IMG/VR virus record: IMGVR_UViG_3300013094_000017
Coordinates: 186,001-250,000 of that record
Direction: 5' to 3' (one strand)
Length of the DNA: 64,000 bases
Part shown: one piece after another, positions 47,795 to 56,739 of the stretch
Layout: each line of letters starts with the position of its first letter
How positions within the stretch are numbered: position 1 is the stretch's first letter
Notes under the pieces: generated by a model
Database searches by the model: none
Told to the model about the DNA's origin: nothing
Seen by the model: only the letters and a program-made list of their open reading frames with translations
Translations under genes and position numbers: made by a program

Positions 47795-47846
47795 TTCTTT
47801 ATTTATAACTCAAATGATGTTATACTACACTATATGACTTATAGTA

Positions 47847-48125
47847 TTACCTAGAATAAGTTAACTTGTTCAACAGTTCCTGCCCACAGACTCCCTCAGC
47901 AATGTCCATGAGTGCAGCCACAGTAGGTTGATGAGCATGTACTTGAGTGGGATCATTTCGCCCAGAGATTAATCTAGCAGTCTGAATCTCACGAGCTCGA
48001 ACACTGGCACCTAGAATCAAATAGAATGATTCATTGGCGAACCGCTCCATGGCAGGAGTATTATCATATACCTGCTGAACTTTTCTCACTATCTTCTTTG
48101 GTTTATATACTTTAACTTCACTCAT
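47847..48125 (-). CDS. Hypothetical protein
   Basis: AAGGA RBS. Confidence 0.6.
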   Translation of the reverse strand: MSEVKVYKPKKIVRKVQQVYDNTPAMERFANESFYLILGASVRAREIQTARLISGRNDPTQVHAHQPTVAALMDIAEGVCGQELLNKLTYSR

Positions 48126-48144
48126 ATCATTTCCTTAAGGTTAT

Positions 48145-48680
48145 GCAGCGGGGTCACTACATATATAGTGTTATACTATAAGATACATTATACACTATAT
48201 ACACTAGTAAGTCAATGTATACTGTATATAGTATAGAATATAAGCTATTAAGATATAGTGAGTATAGTATATAGTATAAGAGATCTATATATACTATACA
48301 GCGGGGTCACTACATATACAGTAATATAGTATACAGTAATACAGTATACTGTATATACGGTGGGACCTATCGATATATAAGAGGGTATTAGGCAAGGTCA
48401 GAACCGCTAGGCCAAGGTCTAAATATGGTCAAGAATGGTGGCCAAATGGTGGATTCATGGGAGGTTTTTCTGTGAGATTATGGTAAAATCACTATAGAAA
48501 CTGTGGGAAAATTGCTGCAAAATTTTTTGAAGGTGGGTGGGGAGAGAGGCTATGCTAGAATACTTCCCCAATGGTTCACCTATTTTCTCATACCTTGTTC
48601 ACCTATTTTCTCATACCTTGTTCACCTATTTTCTCATACCCTGTTCTTACTATTCTCACAGTTCTCATGCAGCGGGGTCA
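48145..48680. repeat. Dispersed (G)CAGCGGGGTCA(CTACATATA) repeat x3
   Basis: Copies at 48145-48165, 48299-48318, 48669-48680. Confidence 0.85.
48574..48642. repeat. 23-bp tandem repeat x3 (GTTCACCTATTTTCTCATACCTT)
   Basis: Read directly; third copy has one substitution. Confidence 0.9.
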
Positions 48681-49215
48681 TACTGTATATAGTATATATA
48701 GTAATAAGTTCCCACTATAGCAAAAGCTCTTTAACTAGGTGTATAGTTCTAGCATACTCTCTTATACTGTATATAGTGTGTATACACTGCATGTATTAGA
48801 TATACTGCATATAAGGTTATATGTATTAGATATAGTGTATATAGTGTATAGTATTGACTTCTAGTAGTATATAGTGTATACTGACTGTATGTATAGATTA
48901 TGAGTAGCAGAGTATATATAGATACCAGCACTTATACATAGTCTATTAATATTGTCCTCACCCACTCAAGGATCTACTATGTTTGCCATATGGTCAGCTA
49001 TTATACTATTATTGCTTAATGGTTCTATACTCAGTGCAGTATTTGTTTTAACCATATACATGATCAAGTGCGGTTAATGAACCTATTAGATTTCGTATAG
49101 TTTAATTTATTCACTGTATATAAACTCATAGTTTAGTTATACGTATATATTTAAACTCTCAAGATCTTCCTCTAACTCCTAGAGTATCTAGTAAATATCC
49201 ATTTGGATCCTGCCT

Positions 49216-49425
49216 ATGTTATTATTCTTTAGTTTATACATTATCTTTGGTCTAGCCCTGGCTGCTCTTGCACACTACCTACTGGATCAGGACCTGATCA
49301 CTGAACAGCATATGGTTCTGCACTTTGGTCTAATTGTTCTAGTCAGTTTGATCTTTAGTCTTCCATTTATAGTCTATGTGTTGGTCAATGCGTTATGGAA
49401 CTGCTTTAGTGAGTCTAAGCTCTAG
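49216..49425 (+). CDS. Small 2-TM membrane protein
   Basis: Hydrophobic; TAAATA upstream. Confidence 0.5.
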   Translation: MLLFFSLYIIFGLALAALAHYLLDQDLITEQHMVLHFGLIVLVSLIFSLPFIVYVLVNALWNCFSESKL

Positions 49426-49487
49426 CCTCTTGACCCCGTGAGTCATTTAGTCTATACTATAAGTGACTTCACTTAAGGAAAATTCTC

Positions 49488-49643
49488 ATGCGCCCATGTC
49501 CCCACTGCACCCGAAGGGTTGATGACTCAGCTAATCGGTGTCCCTACTGCACCAGTTGGATCACTCCCGTACCCAATACTGAGGTCAGGGATCTAATTGG
49601 TCTGGTCATAGTCATATGGCTCATATATAAGTTTTGGGGCTAA
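49488..49643 (+). CDS. Double Zn-ribbon plus TM small protein
   Basis: Manual translation MRPCPHC...CPYCTSW...LIGLVIVIWLIYKFWG; promoter and RBS upstream. Confidence 0.65.
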   Translation: MRPCPHCTRRVDDSANRCPYCTSWITPVPNTEVRDLIGLVIVIWLIYKFWG

Positions 49644-49644
49644 C

Positions 49645-49893
49645 ATGACTTGGCGTAGGGATCTTGATGTACTGCAAAAGAACTTCACCAATTGGATCTT
49701 CACCAATTGGATGCTGATACCTCTTGTTAATAAGGCCAGTGGACTAGCTGATGTTAATCAAAGGATGCAGGCCCTGTACCCTGGTCCCTATAGTGTAATA
49801 GAAAAATTTGATCCCCGTCGAGGGTTGTTTGTTCTAGACCTAGAGTTTGCTAGCCCTCAAGCTCGTACTTTATGGCTACTCAAGTGGAGTTAA
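49645..49893 (+). CDS. LKW-motif family protein
   Basis: Ends FASPQARTLWLLKWS. Confidence 0.65.
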   Translation: MTWRRDLDVLQKNFTNWIFTNWMLIPLVNKASGLADVNQRMQALYPGPYSVIEKFDPRRGLFVLDLEFASPQARTLWLLKWS

Positions 49894-49894
49894 T

Positions 49895-50137
49895 ATGAAA
49901 TACTTTTGGCCCGGACCCGGTGCAGATCCTGTACTCACCCACAGATTTAAAGTTAGCCTAGTCACTGATGAAATGTGGCTGTGGTGCGAACAATATGATA
50001 GTGGTCTGAGTGTAGACCGTGACTTTAGACGTTGGAATATTGAGTTTGGCCAGAACCGAGGCCGTGACCATGATGTCATACAGTTTGAATGGGAGCAGGC
50101 GGCAATTATGTTTGCTCTAAAGTTTGAGACCCTATAA
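49895..50137 (+). CDS. LKW-motif family protein
   Basis: Ends FEWEQAAIMFALKFETL. Confidence 0.65.
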   Translation: MKYFWPGPGADPVLTHRFKVSLVTDEMWLWCEQYDSGLSVDRDFRRWNIEFGQNRGRDHDVIQFEWEQAAIMFALKFETL

Positions 50138-50523
50138 TGTGGGATAAGATTCAGGACTGGTATCTAACCTGGCGCACTGGCCGACCTCGCCAGGTACGTG
50201 AGTTTGAAGCATGGGCAGAAGTTACAATAGTCAAGCGTGCTAACACAGCCGAGGCTATGTTTAGGAACTTCAAGTATGTGTTTACAGTTGACTACAACAA
50301 GTTCTTTTTTGATGCTGGCATGTTTATGGAGTTAGACCCAGGAACTAAACCATATATGTTTCCACAGCGTGAGTTAGGTGATAACTTAGTCTATGCTCAC
50401 CTGCGTGGAGAGGAAATGCCAATTGGCCTGTTTCTTATAACTGACTTAGGTGATGAAGATAGACTTTATGTTGCCACAAACAACGGCAAGGATGCTACTA
50501 TGATAGCACTATTATACGGTTGA
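50137..50523 (+). CDS. LKW-motif family protein (divergent)
   Basis: Ends TNNGKDATMIALLYG. Confidence 0.6.
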   Translation: MWDKIQDWYLTWRTGRPRQVREFEAWAEVTIVKRANTAEAMFRNFKYVFTVDYNKFFFDAGMFMELDPGTKPYMFPQRELGDNLVYAHLRGEEMPIGLFLITDLGDEDRLYVATNNGKDATMIALLYG

Positions 50524-50815
50524 CTTTTTTGGTAATACCGTGTATACTTAATTTTTGTTAATAGAAAGCTCTATATGAAAAAGATCTCTCGACTAAGTGA
50601 TTTCCCTTATTCGATTCTTAAAACGAGAAAAGGACCTAACATGGTTCAGATTATGGCAAGGAAACTAACATGCGAGAAATATTTGCACTAACAGTATTGT
50701 TTATGGTGTTTATTGGAATTCCATTGATCTTATACTGGCACTACATTACCCTAGCCTCTAAAGCAGAATCCGATATTGAACAGTTTACTCGTCAACTACG
50801 TGAAGAAAGAAACAA

Positions 50816-51001
50816 ATGAAAATCTACTTTGAAAAATTAAATTGGGCCCGTGCGATTGCAATCGCATTTACTATTTGGGGCAGTGTATGCAACTATCCAG
50901 AACGCGGCCTATGGGGCATTGTTGATGCTGTAGTTCTTGTTTGGCTATTATACGCTTTAGGCTATTGGGCCGCGGAGACCGATCGTGCGTCACAAGATTA
51001 A
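50816..51001 (+). CDS. Small membrane protein
   Basis: Hydrophobic ORF. Confidence 0.5.
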   Translation: MKIYFEKLNWARAIAIAFTIWGSVCNYPERGLWGIVDAVVLVWLLYALGYWAAETDRASQD

Positions 51002-51138
51002 CACACCAACTGTGTACACTTTACCTTCGGCGGGCGAAGCACATGCTTTCGTTAAAGGAGTTAACGTTGGATCAAAAAGTAAGGATAAAACTATAGTTGT
51101 TTACCCTTGGGGTCGAGAGGAAGTTGAGGTAATAGTAT

Positions 51139-51396
51139 ATGCGTCATAGAACTAAAACCTTACGCGAAGGCCGTTGGTACAAACTATTCAAAAGTACTAA
51201 TCCTAAAACTGGTCGATCCAGCTATACCATACAGGTTGATGTGTATAATTTACGAGCGTGGGATAATGATGTGATACGCAAGCATTTTGACCCAGCAGGC
51301 AATCGTGGTAGTAAACACGGCACACGTTGGAAGTACGGTAATAAAGAAACGGCAGAAAAAGTATTGCTAATGGCAATGATAAAATTTGGAGAATAA
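51139..51396 (+). CDS. Hypothetical protein
   Basis: GAGGT RBS. Confidence 0.6.
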   Translation: MRHRTKTLREGRWYKLFKSTNPKTGRSSYTIQVDVYNLRAWDNDVIRKHFDPAGNRGSKHGTRWKYGNKETAEKVLLMAMIKFGE

Positions 51397-51397
51397 T

Positions 51398-51661
51398 ATG
51401 GATTACAAAAGATTTCGATTTTGGTTTATGCTGTCATTCTGTGTAAATTTTCTAATAGGATTCTCCCAACTGATCTTTGGCTACAATCATTACATTGATC
51501 ACAAATGGTTACTGTTAAGAGTTAGTCTAATTCTTAGTACCTGTAATTTTGTCTGTGCCAAAGTAATGTACACTAGATATAAGCAGGTCATCCAAGATGA
51601 AAAGGATGAAGTGTGGAGAATCTTATCAACTAACTATGAACATCAAATGGAGACCTTCTAA
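51398..51661 (+). CDS. 2-TM membrane protein
   Basis: GGAG RBS; two hydrophobic helices. Confidence 0.55.
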   Translation: MDYKRFRFWFMLSFCVNFLIGFSQLIFGYNHYIDHKWLLLRVSLILSTCNFVCAKVMYTRYKQVIQDEKDEVWRILSTNYEHQMETF

Positions 51662-51823
51662 TGGAAATGTTTTTTGGATTTGCCATGGGCCTGGGAACAG
51701 GGGTATGGGCAATGAATTATCTTTGGGAAGAAAAAATCCGAGAGATTATTCGTACAGGCGAGTATACCAGTCTGGTCAACCCTCCAGTTGACAAACCCTA
51801 ACATCTAGTATATACTATACAAT

Positions 51824-52027
51824 ATGAATGTACAAAGATTAAGCGAATTAATTAATAACGCACATATTCTAGCTCGGGTATGCGTGGCCAACCCTCGATT
51901 GACCAAAGATGAACAGGATATATGTGAGAGTAATCTACGCACCTTAATTGCAGGGCTGTATGCAGAACTAAACGAATCAGCCCCGAATCATGAACGGCTA
52001 CCGGACTCTATAAAGAGTGATTACTAA
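51824..52027 (+). CDS. Hypothetical protein, probably leaderless transcript
   Basis: TTGACA-17-TATACT-7 nt-ATG, no RBS. Confidence 0.6.
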   Translation: MNVQRLSELINNAHILARVCVANPRLTKDEQDICESNLRTLIAGLYAELNESAPNHERLPDSIKSDY

Positions 52028-52214
52028 TATGCATGAACTATCTCCTTGGATTGCTAGCCTACTTGCTGCCGTGGTAGCAGTGAATATATTTGCTTTGGTA
52101 TTCCTTATCATATATGGGCTAGCACACCTATGGGAACGTAAATACAAGGAAGAGGATCAATGAGATATAAGAAAATCTACATAGCGGTTATGGCCGCACT
52201 TCACGGGCATAAGC

Positions 52215-52448
52215 GTGATCCACTTGCGTCCTCACACTGGTACTAATATCATGCTAGATCCTATTCGTCAACAAGTATTAACTATTGCTAATAATAACTC
52301 GATGATGTATGTTCACGAAACATATCTTGTTCGTTACACCCGTGATATTGTATTAGCCACTATTGCAGATTTAGAGCTCAACGGCTATGACGATGCAGCC
52401 AATCAACTCAGAGTTACATGGAAAGGACTCCTAGATGACCCCCAATAA
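52215..52448 (+). CDS. Hypothetical protein
   Basis: ORF in coupled operon; start uncertain. Confidence 0.5.
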   Translation: MIHLRPHTGTNIMLDPIRQQVLTIANNNSMMYVHETYLVRYTRDIVLATIADLELNGYDDAANQLRVTWKGLLDDPQ

Positions 52449-52671
52449 ACTTCATGCATTAAAGGGTATTGCTTTTCTTTTGGTAGTAGTAATATCAGTA
52501 CTGATCCTAGTATGTCACCTAGGAGTAACACCTAGACTGTCAGATGATCAGCGGGCTAAGAATGCCGCAGAAGATCTGGGCTGTGAGTACCTGGGTCGCA
52601 CCCATGATGTACCTCGTGTGGGCTTTATGGACTGCGGTGACGGTGACATTCAAATGATGAGGGTATACTAA
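52435..52671 (+). CDS. Membrane-anchored small protein
   Basis: N-terminal TM; Cys pair. Confidence 0.55.
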   Translation: MTPNKLHALKGIAFLLVVVISVLILVCHLGVTPRLSDDQRAKNAAEDLGCEYLGRTHDVPRVGFMDCGDGDIQMMRVY

Positions 52672-52898
52672 TGAAACCTGTAATTAAACAAATGTGGCAG
52701 GATGCATTTGATTATGCATTTGATGTCAGTGAACGAGGTCCTAACCTCAGCATGGCCCATATGAATGAAGTGGCATTAGAAAAGTTTGCTGAACTGGTTG
52801 TTCGAGATTGTGCTGATCATATACTCAACTGTACTGATAGATATCGTAAAGAGTATTTTGCACACTTAATTTTAGACCAATATGGGATTAAAGAATAA
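52671..52898 (+). CDS. Hypothetical protein
   Basis: LEKFAELVVRDCA motif common in phage small proteins. Confidence 0.65.
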   Translation: MKPVIKQMWQDAFDYAFDVSERGPNLSMAHMNEVALEKFAELVVRDCADHILNCTDRYRKEYFAHLILDQYGIKE

Positions 52899-53086
52899 TG
52901 GAATGTGTATATAGTTTAGGGCCTTTTTGTTGGCATACTGCTCTCAAGTTTTATATTTGGTTGGCTGGTATTATAATGATTTGGACCATGGTGGGTGTTA
53001 ACTGGTATGTGAGTTACAAAAATAATCAACGCATTAAAGAACTACGTGCTCGTATTAGAGCTCGTGAAGGAAAGGATAGCATATGA
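52898..53086 (+). CDS. Small membrane protein
   Basis: Coupled ORF. Confidence 0.5.
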   Translation: MECVYSLGPFCWHTALKFYIWLAGIIMIWTMVGVNWYVSYKNNQRIKELRARIRAREGKDSI

Positions 53087-53274
53087 ATCGTAGCGCATGG
53101 TGGTTGTATTGGGTATCGATGATTTATCTAACAGTGGGTATGTTTGATATATTCATCTACAGGTTTTGTCGTACAGGGTATATCCAAGCAGTATGGGTAG
53201 TGGTATTAAGTTTGCCATTATGGATTAGACCATTGGCACGCAAGTTAAACATGAAATGTGTCTGGGAGGCATGA
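53083..53274 (+). CDS. Small membrane protein
   Basis: Coupled ORF. Confidence 0.5.
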   Translation: MNRSAWWLYWVSMIYLTVGMFDIFIYRFCRTGYIQAVWVVVLSLPLWIRPLARKLNMKCVWEA

Positions 53275-53441
53275 TGAGTCATTTTAGAGATTGGTATCAA
53301 GAAAACGATGTAGAGATTACTTGGGCCTTAATTGGTTCTTTAACTGCATTTGGTATTACAGAACTAGGTCAAGGTGATTACCTGTGGGCTACTTTTGATT
53401 TTGCCTTTGCCTGTATTAATTTTATGTTTAGAAAGGCATAA
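53271..53441 (+). CDS. Small membrane protein
   Basis: GGAGG RBS. Confidence 0.5.
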   Translation: MMSHFRDWYQENDVEITWALIGSLTAFGITELGQGDYLWATFDFAFACINFMFRKA

Positions 53442-53442
53442 T

Positions 53443-53664
53443 ATGGCTTATGTTGACGTTGAAGTAGAAGTAGAGTTAGATATGTTCAGTGATAAGGAAC
53501 TTATCGAAGAATGTAAATTACGTGGAATGTCTGTTGATGGGGGTGTAGAACATTACTCTGCTCATGATGTCATCCGTGACATCTATAATGCCAAGGCCCG
53601 TGGACAAGACTACGAGCCTTTGTTACGTGATCTATTCTATCGCACACTTGGACGGGTATGCTAA
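53443..53664 (+). CDS. Hypothetical protein
   Basis: VEVELDMFSDKELIEECKLRG...LFYRTLGR. Confidence 0.65.
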   Translation: MAYVDVEVEVELDMFSDKELIEECKLRGMSVDGGVEHYSAHDVIRDIYNAKARGQDYEPLLRDLFYRTLGRVC

Positions 53665-55265
53665 CTGATATAGAAATTAATCAAGGGTACAAGCCCTTAA
53701 AGCTCTCAAAGCTGGCCTCTGGGCTAGGCATTGGGGGTAGCGTACAAGAGTGGGGGCCAAATAAGGCCAAGATAGCATTTGATGAAGTTAAGAGCCTTAC
53801 CCAGGGTAAATTGATCTTAGTCACAGCCATCACCCCCACCCCCGCAGGTGAGGGTAAGACCACAACCACCATAGGCCTAGCTGATGGGCTACGCAAATTA
53901 AACTACTCAAGCATAGTATGCCTACGTGAGCCAGCCCTGGGCCCGGTGTTTGGTATGAAGGGTGGGGCTACCGGGGGTGGTCATGCCCAGGTCTACCCTA
54001 TGGAGGATATCAACTTACACTTTACAGGTGACTTCCACGCAGTTGCCTGCGCACACAACTTACTCAGCAGTATGATTGATAATCACTTACATTGGGGCAA
54101 TGCGCTACGGTTAGACACTAGCAAGATCACATGGCGCAGAGTCAGCGAAATGAATGACCGTAGCTTACGCAGTACAGTAGTAGGGTTAGGAGCTCATAAC
54201 AGCATCACCCGTGAAGAGGGCTTTGATATAGTAGTAGCCTCTGAGGTAATGGCTATATTGTGTCTAGCTGAAGATTTCAAAGACCTAAAGAAACGTCTGG
54301 GTAAGATCACAGTTGGGTATACCTTAGATGGTAAGCCCGTTACAGCTAAACAGTTAAAGGCGCATGGGGCTATGGCAGCCTTACTTAAAGATGCTGTCAA
54401 CCCTAACCTAGTACAGACTTTAGAAGGTACCCCAGCACTAGTTCATGGCGGCCCATTTGCTAACATAGCACACGGATGTAATAGTGTTATTGCTACCAAG
54501 TTAGGTTTGAAACTTGCTGACTATGTGGTAACAGAAGCAGGCTTTGGTGCTGACCTAGGTGCTGAGAAGTTTATTAATATTAAGTGTCGTAAGAGTGGAT
54601 TACGGCCAGATGCAGTAGTCCTTGTGGCCACTGTTAGAGCAATTAAGTACTGGGGTAATTATGATAATTTGGACAAACATATGGCTAACATCAAAGGTTG
54701 GTATAACTTACCTTGTATCGTGGCTATTAATCGTTTTGCAGACGATTCTGATGAAGATATTGCTGAACTAATAGAACATTGTCGAGAAAGAGATGTTGAA
54801 GCAGTAGAGTGTACACATTTTGCAGATGGCGGGGTAGGTGCTCAAGAACTAGCACACGAAGTTGTCTTGGCCATTGACCAATCAAGCAAGCAGATGGAAT
54901 TGACCTATGCTGATGAAGATACATTATGGACTAAGATAAATCATATTGCCAAGAGAATATACGGTGCCGAAGGTGTTCATATGGATGCTAAAGTATCAGC
55001 ACAGTTAGATCTACTACAGAAACATTATGGAAAGTATCCAATCTGTATTGCCAAAACACAGAGCAGTTTCAGTGATGATCCTACAGATAAGAACTCAGCA
55101 ACAGACATACACACACTAACTGTGCGTGAGCTACGCCTGTGTACCGGAGCAGAGTTTATTGTGGCAGTATGCGGTAACATCATGACCATGCCAGGACTAC
55201 CAGAACGGCCAAACGCTGAACGTATTGGTATTGACCGACAAGGGCGTATTGAGGGATTAGACTAA
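53658..55265 (+). CDS. fhs: Formate--tetrahydrofolate ligase
   Basis: TAITPTPAGEGKTTT, LREPALGPVFGMKGGATGGG, INLHFTGDFHA, GPFANIAHGCNSV, EAGFGADLGAEKF, IMTMPGLP. Confidence 0.97.
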   Translation: MLTDIEINQGYKPLKLSKLASGLGIGGSVQEWGPNKAKIAFDEVKSLTQGKLILVTAITPTPAGEGKTTTTIGLADGLRKLNYSSIVCLREPALGPVFGMKGGATGGGHAQVYPMEDINLHFTGDFHAVACAHNLLSSMIDNHLHWGNALRLDTSKITWRRVSEMNDRSLRSTVVGLGAHNSITREEGFDIVVASEVMAILCLAEDFKDLKKRLGKITVGYTLDGKPVTAKQLKAHGAMAALLKDAVNPNLVQTLEGTPALVHGGPFANIAHGCNSVIATKLGLKLADYVVTEAGFGADLGAEKFINIKCRKSGLRPDAVVLVATVRAIKYWGNYDNLDKHMANIKGWYNLPCIVAINRFADDSDEDIAELIEHCRERDVEAVECTHFADGGVGAQELAHEVVLAIDQSSKQMELTYADEDTLWTKINHIAKRIYGAEGVHMDAKVSAQLDLLQKHYGKYPICIAKTQSSFSDDPTDKNSATDIHTLTVRELRLCTGAEFIVAVCGNIMTMPGLPERPNAERIGIDRQGRIEGLD

Positions 55266-55507
55266 TGGCAGTTGTTTGGGAAAATAGAGAAAAGAGTAGA
55301 TTCTTAGTATCAGGACCTTTCGATGAAAGTATGCCTAATCTATATGTTATTATTGCTGATTTTGGTTGGTATATCGAGCATACTGACGAAATAGAATATT
55401 GGATGGATCAGCATTTGCCTCAAGGAAGACATCATCGAGAGGGGATGGTTATATCGTTTGATAATCCCAAAGACTGTTCGCATTTCTTATTAAGGTGGAT
55501 GGTTTGA
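55265..55507 (+). CDS. LKW-motif family protein
   Basis: Ends FDNPKDCSHFLLRWMV. Confidence 0.65.
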   Translation: MAVVWENREKSRFLVSGPFDESMPNLYVIIADFGWYIEHTDEIEYWMDQHLPQGRHHREGMVISFDNPKDCSHFLLRWMV

Positions 55508-55812
55508 GTCATTCTGCCTATAGAGAAATTACAAAACCTTATTGGGATCATCATGACGATGTATATGCCGATGAAGTAGAAAATGGTTGGGAGCCAAAGT
55601 TTACATCTTGGTATCAACACACTATTGTAAACGACATTGCCCGTGGTGGATTTGATTGGCATTTTGATACCTACGAACAGATTGCCAAATGGATTCCTGA
55701 GAACGTGGAAGATTGGGCTAACAATGCACAATGGCTCAAGGTCAGTGATTGCATCTATGTTAGATTTAAGCGTGAAAAAGATTATGTTTGGTTTATGTTG
55801 AAGTGGGGCTAA
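55495..55812 (+). CDS. LKW-motif family protein
   Basis: Ends FKREKDYVWFMLKWG. Confidence 0.65.
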   Translation: MDGLSHSAYREITKPYWDHHDDVYADEVENGWEPKFTSWYQHTIVNDIARGGFDWHFDTYEQIAKWIPENVEDWANNAQWLKVSDCIYVRFKREKDYVWFMLKWG

Positions 55813-55813
55813 T

Positions 55814-56029
55814 ATGCCAAGAAACGGCGAATACGAATTGTTTACCTATAAAGGTACAATTGTCTGCATGGATGACCCGGATATCCCGAGAATAGAATTC
55901 TCTGAAGAAATTGCCGAGTGGATACGTGAGCAAGACCATTTAATGTGGCGTTCATTATCACCGCCCAATCAAGATATATTCTACCTAAAACCTAAACTAT
56001 ATATGATGTGGAAGTTAAAGTGGGTATGA
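55814..56029 (+). CDS. LKW-motif family protein
   Basis: Ends LKPKLYMMWKLKWV. Confidence 0.65.
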   Translation: MPRNGEYELFTYKGTIVCMDDPDIPRIEFSEEIAEWIREQDHLMWRSLSPPNQDIFYLKPKLYMMWKLKWV

Positions 56030-56229
56030 ATGGTTTCCAACAATCAGTACAATCAATAAAGGAAAATTTTGCTTGGTCTACAATCTGTAGCAGCCGAGAC
56101 TTTAGACATCAAGCTCAATGGGTTATTGATAATCTAGGCCCGCAAGGTATTAGATGGGAATATTCTCAAACAAAATACTACTTAAAAACAGAACAAGACA
56201 AATTATTATTTCTATTGAGGTGGAGTTAA
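56026..56229 (+). CDS. LKW-motif family protein
   Basis: Ends LKTEQDKLLFLLRWS. Confidence 0.65.
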   Translation: MNGFQQSVQSIKENFAWSTICSSRDFRHQAQWVIDNLGPQGIRWEYSQTKYYLKTEQDKLLFLLRWS

Positions 56230-56414
56230 TGCTAATACCTGTTGAAACTGTACATAAGGCTGTTAGGGATCTCGAATCTCACGGGGATATAACCCAAACT
56301 ATGTTTGAAGATCGTTATCGCTGTAGTCTTTGTCCCAGCGATAGTCTAGAGCATTATGATGTTATTTTTGATACACCTCAAGCTGCTATTATGTTTATAA
56401 TGAAATGGTCATGA
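56229..56414 (+). CDS. LKW-motif family protein
   Basis: Ends FDTPQAAIMFIMKWS. Confidence 0.65.
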   Translation: MLIPVETVHKAVRDLESHGDITQTMFEDRYRCSLCPSDSLEHYDVIFDTPQAAIMFIMKWS

Positions 56415-56415
56415 G

Positions 56416-56739
56416 ATGAAAACAATTTGGTTAAAGAGTCCTATTGCAGAACTATGGTGGAAGTTCTGGCCTGGGAAGATCATTGACCTACCGATGCCAG
56501 ATGGCTTTATGTCTGAAATTGTATGGGGTGTTGTAACAGTAGGAACAAATATGTCTGAGCAGTATTACAATATGCTGGTCTGGATGGAAGAACATGTAGG
56601 AGTAAAAGGACGTGATTGGAATTGGCAAATTCATACAACTACTGAATTATTACACTATAAATCTGAAACTAGATTAGCTATTAAACTTCGACGTGGTAAA
56701 GAAAAACAAGCAAGTATAATAGCATTAAAATTCTCATGA
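56416..56739 (+). CDS. LKW-motif family protein
   Basis: WMEEHVGVKGRDWNW...KQASIIALKFS. Confidence 0.65.
   Translation: MKTIWLKSPIAELWWKFWPGKIIDLPMPDGFMSEIVWGVVTVGTNMSEQYYNMLVWMEEHVGVKGRDWNWQIHTTTELLHYKSETRLAIKLRRGKEKQASIIALKFS

Noticed and set aside
48503-48931. ORFs in the TA-rich region
   Set aside because: They are translations of tandem repeats and low-complexity DNA (Y/I/L-rich) with no RBS.
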